A stretch of 64,000 nucleotides of DNA, taken from NCBI GenBank assembly GCA_963422375.2, contig CAXXKD010000001.1:96001-160000 (forward strand). The letters are read 5' to 3'. Under the pieces are notes generated by a model. The model saw only the letters and a list, made by a program, of their open reading frames with translations, searched no databases and was not told the DNA's origin. Positions 1-9,596 of the stretch are shown here, piece after piece (within the stretch, counting starts at the first letter, position 1; each line of letters begins with the position of its first letter). The stretch comes from Bryobacterales bacterium (GTDB taxonomy: Bacteria; Acidobacteriota; Terriglobia; Bryobacterales; UBA6623). A program made the translations under genes and the position numbers.

Positions 1-194
1 GTCCCGATTCGCGCGCCCGGCAGGGCCTGTACGGTCCTAGGCCGGGCCCTCGTCCGCAGTCACCGCCCGCCACCCCGGTTCGCAGTGTCCGACGGCCGGT
101 CAGTGGCGCCCTATCCCGAAGGTCGACTCATGCGCCCCGCGGAGGGGAAGACGGTCTCGACAGCCCGCGACGGCCTGCCGCTCCGGGCTACCCG

Positions 195-578
195 TCAGTC
201 TTCCCGGATGAGGTGGGATGGCCAGAGCGCCAGCAGCGTGAACAGGCCTGCGCAGATTCCGAGGCCCGCTGTCCACGAGAATCCCCAGATCGAGAGCGGC
301 AGCAGGGCGTCGAGGGCGCCGGAAGCGTCCTCGCGCCAGAACACCAGCAGCGCGGCGACGGTGGCCGGCACTAGGATCTGGGGCCACGACTCCAGCAGCG
401 CCACGGCGGACCGCCTCCGGTTGCGCTCCTCCACCTCCGCGAGCAGGCGAATCAACGCCGCCCCGGGCACGCGACTGCACTGGACCTCGATCTCCCGGGC
501 GAATTCGGCACGAAGCATGTCGGCTACTGCCTCGTCAGGCAGTTTCCCGCGCTGCGGGTCGGTACGGGGGGCGGTCAT
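195..578 (-). CDS. Putative membrane anti-sigma factor
   Basis: 127 aa with a soluble N-terminus and hydrophobic C-terminal segments; ATGA overlap with the stop of the upstream ECF sigma gene. Function inferred from context. Confidence 0.6.
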   Translation of the reverse strand: MTAPRTDPQRGKLPDEAVADMLRAEFAREIEVQCSRVPGAALIRLLAEVEERNRRRSAVALLESWPQILVPATVAALLVFWREDASGALDALLPLSIWGFSWTAGLGICAGLFTLLALWPSHLIRED

Positions 579-1102
579 GCACGCACCTCTTCGGAGTCAG
601 GGCCGCGCTCCGCGATGCTGCGCGCCAGCTTCTTGCGGACTCGGAACGCGAGCACTCTCACGCTGCCCCGGCTCAGGTTCATGATCTTAGCGACTTCCTT
701 GTGGGAGAAGCCTTCTGCGTACAGCAGCCAGAGCAGCTGGCGCTCGCGACGCGACAGCTCTCGGAGCGCCTCGCGCAACGCCAGGCTCTCGGCGAGGGTC
801 GAGGTCGGATCCCGCGTTTTCGGTGGCGGCGCCTCGACTGTCTGGAGCCGCCGTCGGCGCTGCAGTTCCCGCCCGTGGTCTGCGATGACGCTCGACGCGA
901 TCCGGTAGAGATACGCTCGCGCTTCGGGTGCGTCCGGCTGGCTCGCCATCCGGCTCCGGAGAAACCTGATGTACGTCGACTGAAAGAGGTCGTCGGCGGC
1001 GTCCCGGTCGCTGCAGTGCCCGAGGATGTAGGCCCGGATCGCGGGTGCCGTGGCCCCGTAGAAGCGGTCGAAAGCGTCCTCGCCGGAGGCAGGCCGCCCC
1101 AT
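575..1102 (-). CDS. ECF-type RNA polymerase sigma-70 factor
   Basis: Region 2 (DAADDLFQSTYIRF...AYLYRIA) and region 4 (LSRRERQLLWLLYAEGFSHKEVAKIMNLSRGSVRVLAFR); 175 aa. Confidence 0.92.
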   Translation of the reverse strand: MGRPASGEDAFDRFYGATAPAIRAYILGHCSDRDAADDLFQSTYIRFLRSRMASQPDAPEARAYLYRIASSVIADHGRELQRRRRLQTVEAPPPKTRDPTSTLAESLALREALRELSRRERQLLWLLYAEGFSHKEVAKIMNLSRGSVRVLAFRVRKKLARSIAERGPDSEEVRA

Positions 1103-1129
1103 GAGTCGCGGTCCCTTCCTTGCCGGGCG

Positions 1130-1600
1130 CTAGGGCCCGTCCGAGGTCCGCTGATCGTCCGGGCGGTCGGAACCACCGGTCCTCTCCGCGTCTTCTCTCT
1201 CGCGTTTCTCGACTCGCCATGCGAGCAGCGTGGCAACCAGCAGCCCCGCCCCGACCGCTCCGATGGTGATCCCCGGGATGATCAGGTCCCTGTCTTCCAC
1301 GGCCGCCAGGATCAGGAACCCGAGTCCGATGAACGTGAGGACGAACGCCGGCACGGCCAGTCCGAGCCAGGTCTGTCTCGGTTTCCTGCCGCCCTCCAGC
1401 GCCAGGGCGTCGGCCAGCGTTGCGCCCGCTGGTCCCTGCAACGCCTGCGCGAAGTCCTCGCCGGACGAGAACTTGTCGATCAGCTGTCGGAGTATCTCCG
1501 CTTGGCGCTCCTTCTCTTGGCGACGCCCGACGGTCTTGAACCAGACGATCAGGACCACCATGGCCATGACGCCTAGCGGAACGAGAATTTCGACATGCAT
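1130..1600 (-). CDS. Membrane protein upstream of ECF sigma (DUF6249-like)
   Basis: 156 aa, three hydrophobic segments; SD-like AGGGAG before ATG; pattern resembles small membrane proteins that precede ECF sigmas. Confidence 0.7.
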   Translation of the reverse strand: MHVEILVPLGVMAMVVLIVWFKTVGRRQEKERQAEILRQLIDKFSSGEDFAQALQGPAGATLADALALEGGRKPRQTWLGLAVPAFVLTFIGLGFLILAAVEDRDLIIPGITIGAVGAGLLVATLLAWRVEKREREDAERTGGSDRPDDQRTSDGP

Positions 1601-1663
1601 AGGTCTTCTCCCTTTGCGCGCCGCTTGCCGACGCTTCCGTCGCGATGAGCAATCTATCGGAAA

Positions 1664-1692
1664 TAACGTCCGCCCGCGGATCCCGGTTAACC
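1664..1692 (-). promoter_or_regulatory. Putative ECF sigma autoregulatory promoter
   Basis: Minus strand GGTTAAC-N17-CGTTA about 65 nt upstream of the operon start; fits the general ECF AAC/CGT consensus. Confidence 0.55.
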
Positions 1693-1768
1693 GGCGGCTG
1701 CCGCCGGCGGGGTGCTGTCGGGCGTTCCGCGGGCGACTCCCGGCTGGGTGCCGCTTGCCGGGCGAGGC

Positions 1769-2905
1769 CTAGCAGCCGGCGACCGTGGTCTCGACCAGCG
1801 CGTCAACCACCTGCCTGAGCGCGTCCCTGACCGAAGCGCCGCGCTCCAGCGCGCGCTCGTACGTCGCGATCTGGGAGTGCGCGCTGGTGCCGCGGGCCAC
1901 GATGTCCCGGGCGTGGCGGATGTCGTCCCAGCAGTCGAAGAACTCCGCGTCCGTGCGGAGCAGCTCCAGCAGCTCGTCGACGAGGTCGGCGCAGGGAACG
2001 ATCTTGCCGCGCCCGAAGTCGACCAAGCCCTCGTCCAGCCCGTAGCGCTGCGCGCGCCAGCGGTTCTCGTCCACGAGCATCCGCACGTAGACGCGCCAAC
2101 GCTGGTTGTCCCGGCGCAGGCGGTACAGCATGCGGCACAGGCAGCGGAACAGGGAGGCGCAGCAGATGGCGTCCTCGACCCGCGTGCAGACGTCCGTGAT
2201 GCGCATCTCCAAGGTGGGAAAGCGGGCGCTCGGGCGCGCGTCCCACCACAGCTTGGTGCTGTCCTCGAGCACGCCCGCCTCGATCATCAGGTCCACGGCC
2301 CGCCGGAACTCGCCGTAGCTGTCGAAGCGCTCGGGCAGGCCCGTGCGCGGCAGCTCGTCGAACACGCACAGCCGGTACGACTTGAGCCCGGTCTTGGTGC
2401 CGGCCCAGAAGGGCGAGGAGGTGCTCAGCGCCAGCAGGTGGGGCAGGAAGTACGTCACCTGATTCAGGATGTCGATGCGGAGGTTGTCGTCCTCGATCCC
2501 GACATGCACGTGCATGCCCCCGATCAGCAGCCGGTTCGCCACTACCTGCATGTCGCGGTGCAGCACTTCGTAGCGCTCCTTCGGGGTGTGCTTCTGCTCC
2601 TTCCATTCCGCGAAGGGATGGGTCGAGGACGCGATCGGCGCCAGCCCGTGCTTGGCTGCGATCTCGGCCACGGTCCGGCGCAGGTGCCGCAGGTCCGCTC
2701 CCGCCTCGGCCGTCGACCTGCTGATCGAGGTGCCGACCTCGACCTGGGGACGCAGGAATTCCCGGCTGAAGTGCCCCGCTAGGCGGGACTCGTACTCTTC
2801 CATGAGGGCGGGCGGCGGCTCGCCCACCAAGTTCCGCGACTCGAGGTCGACTAGGAGGTACTCTTCCTCGATGCCCACGGTGAAGCTCGGCTCTGCGAGC
2901 GGCAT
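1769..2905 (-). CDS. ybdK: Carboxylate-amine ligase, GCS2/YbdK family
   Basis: FTVGIEEEYLLVD, GMHVHVG, LLALSTSSPFW, WWDARPS..FPTLEMRITD motifs. Confidence 0.92.
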   Translation of the reverse strand: MPLAEPSFTVGIEEEYLLVDLESRNLVGEPPPALMEEYESRLAGHFSREFLRPQVEVGTSISRSTAEAGADLRHLRRTVAEIAAKHGLAPIASSTHPFAEWKEQKHTPKERYEVLHRDMQVVANRLLIGGMHVHVGIEDDNLRIDILNQVTYFLPHLLALSTSSPFWAGTKTGLKSYRLCVFDELPRTGLPERFDSYGEFRRAVDLMIEAGVLEDSTKLWWDARPSARFPTLEMRITDVCTRVEDAICCASLFRCLCRMLYRLRRDNQRWRVYVRMLVDENRWRAQRYGLDEGLVDFGRGKIVPCADLVDELLELLRTDAEFFDCWDDIRHARDIVARGTSAHSQIATYERALERGASVRDALRQVVDALVETTVAGC

Positions 2906-3792
2906 CAGCGCGCTCCCAAAGCGGGCGTCGCGGCCGCTAGGGCGGTTTCGAGGGCGTCACCGAGCAGCCCGGCAAGCCTCGCGACCCCCTGCTCGTCGCG
3001 GATCAGATCCTCCCTGATTTCGACGAGCGCGCTCGGCAGGCCTGCCGTGGTGGCGTGGTGCTCCTGCGAGAAGTCGAAATGGTCGCGGGCCGAGTACGGC
3101 TCGTTGTCCCCCACGGAGATGCCGGGGTTGGCCCTAAGCGCCTTGATCAGCGGCACTGCGATCCGAGGGTCCCGGTCCCAGAGCACGCCGAAATGCCATG
3201 GCCGAGGCGGGCCTCCGTCAAGCTGGCTCGTGAAGCTGTGGATGGCTACGTAGACCGGCTCCGGGCCGCGCTGCCGGGCGCACTCCAGCTCCCGCGAAAT
3301 CGCTCGGTGGTAGGGCACGAACAGCGTCGCGGCGCGCCGCGACGCCTCCTTGGGGCCGATGCCGGCGTTGCCTGGAATCCTGACGCCGTCGCTGGACTCG
3401 ACGATGGACGCGGGGGACCCCAGCCGCCGGTTGCAGTCGATCACCAAGCGGGAGTACCCGGACAGGACGGCCGGGGCGTCCAGCCGCCTCGCCAGCCGGA
3501 TGGCGACGTTCGCGGCCCCGATGTCCCAGCCAATGTGGCGGCGGAGATCCCGCGCGTCGACCCCGAGAGTGCCTAGGCTCCTCGGCACGGAGTGCGAGGC
3601 GTGGTCGCAGGTCAGCACCACGGGGGATCGACCGGTCGGGTTCTCGATGCGGAAGGCGGGCCGCTCGTCCTCGGCGAGGAGCGACGGGAGCGACCGCGAC
3701 CGCCAGTCAATGCCCGCGGGAATCCAAGACCTGTCTCTGCGCGCCACCGGGCCCGCGGCGGCAGGCATTCTCGGCCGGCGGTCGGTCTGCAT
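2905..3792 (-). CDS. N-formylglutamate amidohydrolase family protein
   Basis: VVLTCDHAS, HIGWDIGA, YSRLVIDCNR, PYH, AIHSFT, GDNEPY, LVEIREDLI motifs; TGATG coupling to ybdK. Start uncertain. Confidence 0.88.
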   Translation of the reverse strand: MQTDRRPRMPAAAGPVARRDRSWIPAGIDWRSRSLPSLLAEDERPAFRIENPTGRSPVVLTCDHASHSVPRSLGTLGVDARDLRRHIGWDIGAANVAIRLARRLDAPAVLSGYSRLVIDCNRRLGSPASIVESSDGVRIPGNAGIGPKEASRRAATLFVPYHRAISRELECARQRGPEPVYVAIHSFTSQLDGGPPRPWHFGVLWDRDPRIAVPLIKALRANPGISVGDNEPYSARDHFDFSQEHHATTAGLPSALVEIREDLIRDEQGVARLAGLLGDALETALAAATPALGAR

Positions 3793-3817
3793 GACGCGCT
3801 TCCCGCGACGGCGTCGA

Positions 3818-5068
3818 TCAGTGCGCCAGGAACAGCGGCGCGATGTGCCGGACGAACAGATTCTCGGTCACGTTCCTCGAGATCGACTCCTCGCACTCGC
3901 GCAGCATGCCGAGGTAGCGGTCCCCCATCCTGGCCGCGATCTTGTATCCGACGTGCAGGAGCTGGCGAAAGTGCGGGTTGAAGGCCGGGCACGCTTGGTC
4001 GTGCCGGAGGGCCGCCGTGTACTCGACGGCGCCCCACCCCGCGACCTCCGCCGGCTCGGGCAGCCGCCTCGCGTCTATGTCGATCACGGCCGCGTAGGGA
4101 GCGCACAGCGCGTCCCGGGCCGCGTGCGCCTCCGCGTAGACCTGCTTGGCCAAGGCCAGCCCGGCGCCGCCGGCTTCGGCGAGGCCGATGAGCTCCTCGA
4201 GCCAGTTCGTGCCGGCGGTCTTGACGTGGACTCCGGCCCCGAACCTGCGTGTTCCGTCGCGGATCGCGCCGTAGATGGAGAACTTGTCGGACCCCGAGTG
4301 GACGCTCAGCTTCAGCTCCTCGGGCAGCCCGTAAGCCTGGACCGCGTGGCGCAGGACGGCGACGTCGTCGGAAAACTCCCTGGCGAACTGGTCCCGGTCC
4401 CCGACGTAGTCCACGCCTTTGTTGAACCGGCCCGTGAACTTGGGCGCGATCGTCTGGATCGGGATGCCCTCGTCGGCGATGGCCGCTAGGATGACGAGCA
4501 GTTCTGCGGGCGTCTGCGGCTTCTCTGTTTCGTCCATCGAGACTTCGGTGACGAAGTTGCCCCGGCCCTTGGCGGACTCGATGTGCCGGTAGATCCGGCC
4601 TGCCTCCTGGACCGCGAACAGGAATTGCGCCGCGCAGCGCTGCACGCTCTCGCGGGTACTCTCGAAGGGCTCCACGATGCCGCTGACGGACAGCGTGCCG
4701 ACCAGCTCGGGATGGGAGCGGATCAGAGCGTGGATGGCGGCAGGCTCCGCCGGGCGCCCGATCGCGTAGGCCACGTCGAGGGTGAAGAAGTCGCTGGTGT
4801 CGATATAGCCGTCTACTGTGTCGAGGTTGATGTGGTCGGCATCGACGTAGTGAGGCCGCGACCAGCCGAGCTCGCGGACTGCCTCGTCAGCGGCGAGGCG
4901 CGCGCCGGCGGGCTCGGTGCCCACCGTAGTGTGCTCCCGGTGCGATTTGTTCCATACGGGGATCACCTCGGCGCCCCGCTCGGCCGCCATCATGCAGGCC
5001 CGCAGCTGGGGTCTCGCCTGATGGGCGAACCGGTCGCCCACCCCGAACGTGAACTTCTCGATATTCAT
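3818..5068 (-). CDS. uxaE: Tagaturonate/fructuronate epimerase family (UxaE)
   Basis: Start taken at MNIEKFTFGVGDRF; DADH, EVSMDETE, APKFTGRFNKGVDY, KLSVHSGSDKF, HVKTAGTNWLEE motifs. Confidence 0.85.
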   Translation of the reverse strand: MNIEKFTFGVGDRFAHQARPQLRACMMAAERGAEVIPVWNKSHREHTTVGTEPAGARLAADEAVRELGWSRPHYVDADHINLDTVDGYIDTSDFFTLDVAYAIGRPAEPAAIHALIRSHPELVGTLSVSGIVEPFESTRESVQRCAAQFLFAVQEAGRIYRHIESAKGRGNFVTEVSMDETEKPQTPAELLVILAAIADEGIPIQTIAPKFTGRFNKGVDYVGDRDQFAREFSDDVAVLRHAVQAYGLPEELKLSVHSGSDKFSIYGAIRDGTRRFGAGVHVKTAGTNWLEELIGLAEAGGAGLALAKQVYAEAHAARDALCAPYAAVIDIDARRLPEPAEVAGWGAVEYTAALRHDQACPAFNPHFRQLLHVGYKIAARMGDRYLGMLRECEESISRNVTENLFVRHIAPLFLAH

Positions 5069-6040
5069 GCGACGGCTTCGCCCGGGACGCGAGCGGCCGC
5101 CTCGCCCCGCCAACTCATGGTAGCGAAAGCGGCCCGGATCACGCGGTCGGCTGCCCGCGGAGCCTCGGAGGGGGCGTACGCGAAGATCCCCAGCGGCTCG
5201 AACCGGCCCTTCAGGATCGACTCGGTGTTCGCGCATCCTCTCCACTCCGCGATCATCGTGGCATGGACGCGGCGGAATTCGGCGGTCAACCTCAGGTTGC
5301 CGTTGGCGGTATCCGCCAGGCGCGGCGGCGCGCCGCAAGAGCCCCCTTGCAGCTTCCGCCAAGACACGAACATCGGGCCGTCGGTGCCCTGATCGGTTCC
5401 TTGGCTGGCGATCTCCTCGATGCGGCGGCCGAAATCGGTGAAGATAGTCACGGCCAAGTAGTCCCCCCGCCCGATCCTCGCGACATCGTCGACGAAGGGC
5501 CTCGCGGCGTCTGCGGCGTACATCAGAATGCGGCTGTGCAGGTCCGGCTTGGTGGATGTGCGCGTCGAAGCCGTTCCCGCGGTAGGCGACGTCGCAGACG
5601 CGGGCCGGGCGACCGGCGGAAATCAGGGCGGCCACCTTGCGGAGATCCACGGCAAGCCCCCGGCCGATACCGTAGTCGACCGGCGTGGTGTAGGATGCCC
5701 ATGCGTCGGCGAACTGGCGCGACGCTCCGTGATGCATTCCGCGCCGTGGACCTGAGGAACTCGAGCGAGGGGTTCTCAGGTTCTAGATCGAGGTCGAACT
5801 TCCCGACTGCGCGCTTTTCCTTCTCTCTGCCCGTCCGCTTGAGATGCGCCGCGTCGTCGAAGACCAGCGGGGAGTGGATCTCGCCCCGGACCGCGAGCGA
5901 CAGTGCGCTGGCGATGTTGATGACGGCGTTGGGCGTCCGTGTAGCGTCCGACCCAGCCCAGCCGCTCGCTTCGATGCGGAACCCCGGTACGGCCGAAGCC
6001 CATCGAGGCGAAGTGCGAGAGGCTGGGCTTGGAATGGATG
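5065..6040 (-). pseudogene. Frameshifted DUF1501-family gene remnant
   Basis: Fragments spread over three frames: VAALISAG..RV...GFDAHIHQ, then IFTDFGRRIEEIASQGTDQGT..PMFV...GNLRLTAEFRRVHATMIAEW. Boundaries approximate. Confidence 0.7.
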
Positions 6041-6049
6041 CCTCCGTAG

Positions 6050-6460
6050 CGGGTGTTGAAGTCCCCGTCCGCGCCCGCCAGCATGCTCGCGGCGGCGTCG
6101 CCCGAGCGAGCGGCGTTGCCGATGTCCATACCGCGGGCAAGACGCTCGGCCACTCTTCGGTACGTTCGGGGCGGGCGTCGGTCAGGGTGGCCGAAGTCTT
6201 CCGCCGACCGACGGAATGGGACGCTGCGGATCGCGTCGCCTCGGTCCTGGAGCGTGGCCGGAGTGATCCAAGTCCGGCCTCCCGGCCAGCCGGCCACGTT
6301 GGACGGGTACGACCGCGACTGGCCGAGGCCGCCGGTTACCGCGTTGAAGTCCGGCACGGTCGGCGCGATCGCTAGCCCGATGTACCTCGGGTCATCCTTG
6401 CGCGCCGAGGGCGGCTCGTGCGGAGCCCCCGCTACGTCCGGATCGGGAACGGTTACCGAG
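6050..6460 (-). pseudogene. C-terminal remnant of a DUF1800-family gene
   Basis: LGQSRSYPSNVAGWPGGRTWITPATLQDR resembles the DUF1800 C-terminal PPNVAGWPGG..WI motif; lies upstream of the DUF1501 remnant, the usual order. Boundaries approximate. Confidence 0.65.
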
Positions 6461-6665
6461 AATGCGCTGGCCGACCGGGAAGCGGCGCCGCGTTCCGAGT
6501 AGCATGATCCTGTGATCCCGAAGCCGTGAGGCGTCGGTGGTCGGCGACCCGGCTCGGCTCGTCCCGCACGGCCTCCGGGCGGGCGAAGGCTCCGAGCGCG
6601 GGCTCGGAGCCTATCGCTTGGGACTCGGATCCCGCAGCCGCGCCGCCGGGGAGAATGGAACGACG

Positions 6666-7886
6666 ATGGAGGGAATACTCGATGGGGTCCGCGTGTTGGA
6701 CTTCGGCCGCTACATCGCGGGGCCGTGGTGCGCCGCGCTGCTGGCTGACTTCGGCGCGGACGTGATCCGCGTGGAGAAAGTCGGCGGGGGCGAGGACCGC
6801 TTGCTCTGCCAAGTCAGCCGGGACGACGGCAGCGGCGCGATGTTCCTGCAAGTGAATCGCAACAAGAGGTGCCTCGCGCTCGATCCGACGACTGAGGCGG
6901 GACTCGAGATCCAGCGCAAGCTGGTGGAGACTGCGGACATCGTGGTCGCCAACATGCCGGCGCGAGCGCTCGAGAAGCTCGGTCTCGACTACGCCTCGCT
7001 GCAAGCGGTCCGCCCGGACGTGATTCTCGTTTCGAATACGTGCTTCGGCGCGCAAGGGCCGTACTCGCGCAAGCTCGGTTTCGACGGGCTCGCCCAGGCG
7101 ATGTGCGGGAACATGCATCTGACCGGCGAGCCCGGCGCGCCGATGAAGTCGTACTCGCCGTGGGTGGACTTCGGCACGGCGGCTCTCTGCGCCCTCGGCG
7201 CGACGCTTGCCCTGATGGCCAGGCGGCGGACCGGGCGCGGCCAGGAAGTCCAGGGTTCCCTCCTGGCGACGGCGCTCACAACCGCAAGCCCCTCGCTGAT
7301 CGAGCAGGCCGTCAACTCTCCGAACCGCGTAGCCACCGGGAACCGAGGCCAGCTCAACGCTCCGTCCGACGTGTTCGCGACGCGGGACGGGCACGTCATG
7401 GTTCTGGTGAGCGGAGCGCCGATGTACGAGCGCTGGGCGCGGCTGCTCGGAGAGCCCGAGTGGCTGGCGGACGAGAGATTCCGGTCGGACGACTCCCGCG
7501 GCGAGCACGGAGACATTTTCAGCGCCCGCATGGCCAGGTGGTGCGCCGAACGCACGACGGATGAGGCGCTGGCCGTGCTCGAGAGTGCGCGCCTTCCCGC
7601 CGGGCCGGTCTACACGCCGCAGGAGGCGCTCGACGATCCGCAGGTTCGGAGTGGCGGCTTCCTGCAGGAGGTCGACTATCCCGGGGCGCCTGCCGCCGCT
7701 CCACTCGTCACGACGCCGTTCCGCCTGCTGGACACGCCGGGATCGATTCGCGTGCGGGCCCCGCGGCTGGGCGAGCACTCCGCCGAGATTCTCCGGGAGC
7801 TGGGTTACACCGGCGGCACCATCGACGGTTTTCGCTCGTCCGGCGTGGTCTCGTTTCCTGACGATTGTGGTCCGAGGGGGGACTAG
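6666..7886 (+). CDS. CoA-transferase family III (CaiB/BaiF)
   Basis: LDGVRVLDFGRYIAGP, LADFGADVIRVE, NRNKR, WVDFGTA, RAPRLGEHSAEIL motifs; start moved to ATG 6666. Confidence 0.92.
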   Translation: MEGILDGVRVLDFGRYIAGPWCAALLADFGADVIRVEKVGGGEDRLLCQVSRDDGSGAMFLQVNRNKRCLALDPTTEAGLEIQRKLVETADIVVANMPARALEKLGLDYASLQAVRPDVILVSNTCFGAQGPYSRKLGFDGLAQAMCGNMHLTGEPGAPMKSYSPWVDFGTAALCALGATLALMARRRTGRGQEVQGSLLATALTTASPSLIEQAVNSPNRVATGNRGQLNAPSDVFATRDGHVMVLVSGAPMYERWARLLGEPEWLADERFRSDDSRGEHGDIFSARMARWCAERTTDEALAVLESARLPAGPVYTPQEALDDPQVRSGGFLQEVDYPGAPAAAPLVTTPFRLLDTPGSIRVRAPRLGEHSAEILRELGYTGGTIDGFRSSGVVSFPDDCGPRGD

Positions 7887-8013
7887 CTGCGACCAGCCGG
7901 TCCCGGTCCGTTCGCGAGCGAGGCACAAGCCCGGGAGGGCGGTGAATCTGTTCCTTGAACGGTCCGACCGCGCCCGCGATGCCGGTCAGCCCGCGATTGC
8001 CGGCACGACGCGC

Positions 8014-9429
8014 CTAGGGCCCAGTGTCGAGGAGCTTGCGGAGAGTGCGAGCAGCATCGGCGCGAGGCACCTCCTGCTGGCCAAAGCGCGCTCGCCTCCA
8101 CTCCTCGTGCGCTTCGATCCCCGTGCCGCGCTCGCGTGCCACCCCCATCTGCTTCACAGTGACCATGCCGCGTTCCGCCTCGTCGGAACCCATCAGCACT
8201 ACGAAGGGAATCCTCAGCCGGTCGGCCCGCTTCAGCTGCTTGCCCAGCTTGCCCGGAGCGGCTTGCAGTTCCGTGCGAATCCCGGCCCGCCGCAGGTCGA
8301 AAGCCAGCGACATGCATTCGCCGGCGAGCGATTCGTCCATGACCGCTACCAGCACCTGCGCGCTCGTGCGCGCCTTCCCGACGTTGCCTAGGTACTCCAT
8401 CGCGGCCAGCAGCCGGTCCACCCCCATCGAAGCCCCGGTTGCTGGAATCGGGGGCGCGCCGAAGCGGGCTACGAGGCCGTCGTAGCGGCCGCCGCCGAAC
8501 ACCGAGCCGAAGCGCGGGGCGTCCAGAAGCACGGCCTCGAAGACCGGGCCGGTGTAGTAGGCCAGTCCGCGGGCAATGCTGACGTCGATCGCGACACGGT
8601 CGCTGCCGTACCCTAGGGCGTCGAGGCTCTCCGAGATGCCCCGGACGACCTCGATTTCCTCCCCGCTTCCTTCCACGTCGGAGAAGAGCTCGCCGACTCG
8701 ATCCAGGACCTCGGCCCGTGTCGCTCCGGAAATCGCCAGGAATTGCTCGATGACCTCGACCTGGCTGCCGGACAATCCCAGGCCGGCGATCGGATCGCCC
8801 GAGGAGTCCGTGTAGCCGGCGGTCAGCTCGAGCTTGACTCTCTCGAGGCCGACCTTGTCGAGCTTGTCGAGGACGCGGAACACGTCGGACGCCATTCCCT
8901 CTTCGATGGGCGCCCGACGCAGCAGCAGATTGAGGATCTGTCGGCTCGAGAAGCGCACGCGATACGGTCCGACGCCGATAGCGGACAGCGCGTCGCAGAT
9001 CGCCGCGATGATTTCGACATCGGCCCGGCCGCAGGGCGCTCCGACGGCGTCCAAGTCGAACTGCGTGAACTGCCGGTACCGCCCGGGATCCGGCTTTTCG
9101 GCACGCCACACTTGCGCTACCTGGTAGCGGCGGAACGGCAGGGGGAGCCCTCGGTGCTGGCTGACCACGCGGGACAGCGGGACGGTGAGATCGAACCGCA
9201 GGCCGAGCTCCTCGCGCTCGGGGCTGGAAACTCGGAATATTGACTGCTGAGCCTCCTGTCCGGCTGATCCCGACAGGACGTCCAGATACTCGATGGCCGG
9301 GGTGTCGAGAGGCGAGAAGCCGTATCTCTCGTAGACTCCGCGGGCCGTGTCGATCAGCCGCTGGCGTGCGATCATGCTCTCCGGGAGCAGGTCACGCAGG
9401 CCCCGCGAGAGGCGTGGTTCGATGCTCAT
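8014..9429 (-). CDS. hisS: Histidine--tRNA ligase
   Basis: RGLRDLLP, LRFDLTVPLSR, WRAEKPDPGRYRQFTQFDLD, ARGLAYYTG, GGGRYDGL, C-terminal anticodon-binding domain. Confidence 0.97.
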   Translation of the reverse strand: MSIEPRLSRGLRDLLPESMIARQRLIDTARGVYERYGFSPLDTPAIEYLDVLSGSAGQEAQQSIFRVSSPEREELGLRFDLTVPLSRVVSQHRGLPLPFRRYQVAQVWRAEKPDPGRYRQFTQFDLDAVGAPCGRADVEIIAAICDALSAIGVGPYRVRFSSRQILNLLLRRAPIEEGMASDVFRVLDKLDKVGLERVKLELTAGYTDSSGDPIAGLGLSGSQVEVIEQFLAISGATRAEVLDRVGELFSDVEGSGEEIEVVRGISESLDALGYGSDRVAIDVSIARGLAYYTGPVFEAVLLDAPRFGSVFGGGRYDGLVARFGAPPIPATGASMGVDRLLAAMEYLGNVGKARTSAQVLVAVMDESLAGECMSLAFDLRRAGIRTELQAAPGKLGKQLKRADRLRIPFVVLMGSDEAERGMVTVKQMGVARERGTGIEAHEEWRRARFGQQEVPRADAARTLRKLLDTGP

Positions 9430-9547
9430 GAGCGTCTGAAGCCCACCATATCACGGCGTTTCTCGCCCCCAGTCCGATCGGCCGGGTCTGACAGCCGCTT
9501 GCCGAACGGGGGAAAGGCGTACCGGGTCGGTCGATGCGCAGCGATGC

Positions 9548-9577
9548 GGTAACCTCGGGAGCGGCTCGATTCGTCTA
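9548..9577 (+). promoter_or_regulatory. Putative ECF-type promoter
   Basis: GGTAAC-N18-CGTCTA 19 nt before ATG 9597. Confidence 0.4.
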
Positions 9578-9596
9578 TACCGCTAAGGGGGTACCT

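Noticed and set aside
3818..5737. 639-aa ORF suggesting a DUF1501-UxaE fusion
   Set aside because: The upstream part is a frameshifted pseudogene fragment that happens to be in frame; UxaE homology starts at ATG 5068.
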